From Mytilus trossulus (taxonomy: Eukaryota), in NCBI RefSeq assembly GCF_036588685.1, contig NC_086378.1, positions 60,078,001 through 60,142,000 on the forward strand: 64,000 bases of DNA. Direction: 5' to 3'. The notes beneath the pieces are model-generated. The model searched no databases. It saw only the letters and a list, made by a program, of their open reading frames with translations, and was not told the DNA's origin. The position numbers were made by a program, and so were the translations under genes. Each line of letters starts with the position of its first letter. The stretch's first letter is position 1. Positions 62,170 to 64,000 of the stretch are shown piece by piece.

Positions 62170-64000
62170 GTAACAATTTTTCTATCCAGCATTTTTGTTC
62201 GTAAGTTTTTCATATGTGATTTGGAACTCAAAAACACTGGAATAATCATAAGTAAGTCAAATTTTTATCATTATGCTATTACTTGTAGATACTTTTAACT
62301 ATCCAAAATTAGTTTGATATTTTATAAATCCACCTCTCTATTATAGAAGAATTCATGTTTTCTTTTAATTGTCTATTGGTTATACATTATCTGTGTCGTT
62401 GGGATGAAGTCTCTATTCCTCATATTTCTCTTTATTCAACATATTTTAATGCGGTGACTGAAGGTACATTTTTTTTAATTTAATCTCCCCACCGAACACA
62501 CACCTATATAATATATCATTGGAAAGAGGAAATCGTGTACTATAATAATATGCATGTCGTCAAGACTTAATATGGTGATATTTTTTTTTTAATTGAGGTC
62601 AAAGGTCAAATGAAAAAATCTGTAAAATTTTGGGAGGGTTTCAATTTTGACATTTTTTTCTATTTCTAAACTCTACATAAATACAAATGATACTGTTTTG
62701 GCCTTATTAATGTTTGTCATTATACATAAACCTTAATCATTAAGATTTATTTTATCAAAAAAATCTTAAAACGACGTTTTATAAACAAAACTTCAAAAAT
62801 TAAGTTTTCGACCTATAAAATGTTTACAGCACCTTAGCCTTATAAAAAATTACAATAATCAGGTAAAAATCAAGTGTCATGCAAGACCATACTTTAAAAT
62901 TATTTTTTAAACTGTCATATTGGGGGGGGGGGGGGGGGGGTATCAAATCAAAGCAATAGAACATTACAGTCAAATATGACCTCAAATTGAGTTGCGGATA
63001 CTTCAGGTTTTATTATAGACTACTCGTTGCTTTTGTTTTTTTTTCACAATTATAACTGCTTTCATATAGTTTTATCTGTTGTGTATTTCACTCTGGTTAA
63101 TATCTATTACATTATAAGTTTTGTACCTATATCCCCTCTTTTTTTTCTTTCAACACACCACAAACTTCAAAAGTATTCCATATAAGAAAAGAAGATGTGA
63201 TATGATTGCAAATGATGCAATCCTCCAAATGAGACCAAATGAGACATAAATTACCAATACGTCCCGTACGGGCTTCAACTATGAGTAAAATTTATACTGC
63301 ATAGTCTTCAATTTCCGAAATGAATAATGTAAAATAAACAAACTATCTATCAACCTGATTAATGTACAAAATAAATAAGAAACGAACAAATATAGTATAT
63401 AGAAACAAACGACAAACACTGCATTACCGTCTCGTGACTTGAAACAGACACAAACATAATGTGGCGGGGTTTAACTTTTTTTAAGGGCTCGCCAACACTC
63501 CCCTTACCCGGGGACTGGGACCGTGTGTATCGGTGCAAAAAGCTTTATACCTAATCAACCGTTATCTCCATCATCTTCATTTTCATGTCACAAGACATGT
63601 GTCAATATTTCTACACATTTCACTCATGGCCACAGGTCTGCACATGATAGGTTCTGCTCTAATCAAACACGTTATTTTCAGTTTTTCTTTACAAGTACAG
63701 ACATGGTATTGTAGGAAGTCATTTGTTCCTAAAAAAAACCCACCAGCTTCAAACCAATCCTTTCAATTCATCCAAGATTTAACAGAGATCTAAAATGGGG
63801 TTAAGATGACATGCATATGCTTGTCTGCAAATATGATGAGGAAACATTATGCATGAGACATACACACTATCTTGGTTGGCAACACATTAAAAAGCGTCGC
63901 ACTTTACTTTAAGAAGCATAAAATCCATTGGCATTCATTTTTTCAACAAGGTGTTTCGAACCAAACTCATGGTACATTTGTAGAGCCAATCCTAAATGAA

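Overview
AT-rich, intron-rich animal genomic DNA, most likely a bivalve mollusc (Mytilus-like, inferred from the interspersed repeat families). All genes are on the + strand and must be assembled from GT-AG exons, so most ORFs in the supplied track are spurious or partial. Contents: (1) the last two exons of a DEG/ENaC/ASIC-family channel (189-868); (2) a complete 9-exon selenoprotein N gene (SELENON, 7879-18844, ~643 aa) whose catalytic exon is absent from the ORF track because it has an in-frame UGA (15166-15168, SCUG motif), with both recoding signals visible: a GC-rich SRE hairpin 6 nt after the UGA (15175-15213) and a form-2 SECIS in the 3'UTR (20631-20705); (3) a tandem cluster of three BPI/LBP-family LPS-binding immune genes (23503-36787 and 38914-53518, 15 exons each; a third from 57073 running off the window) with strongly divergent LPS-binding tip loops, a shared basic C-terminal tail and a shared ETS/kB-like/TATA promoter module; (4) many non-autonomous mobile elements, including two foldback elements with TACGG...CCGTA termini and internal satellite arrays, several MITEs, a Helentron-type element, a tRNA-derived SINE and a hAT remnant. 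Exon models were derived by hand and checked for phase and frame; comparisons with human proteins are from memory, not from a database search.
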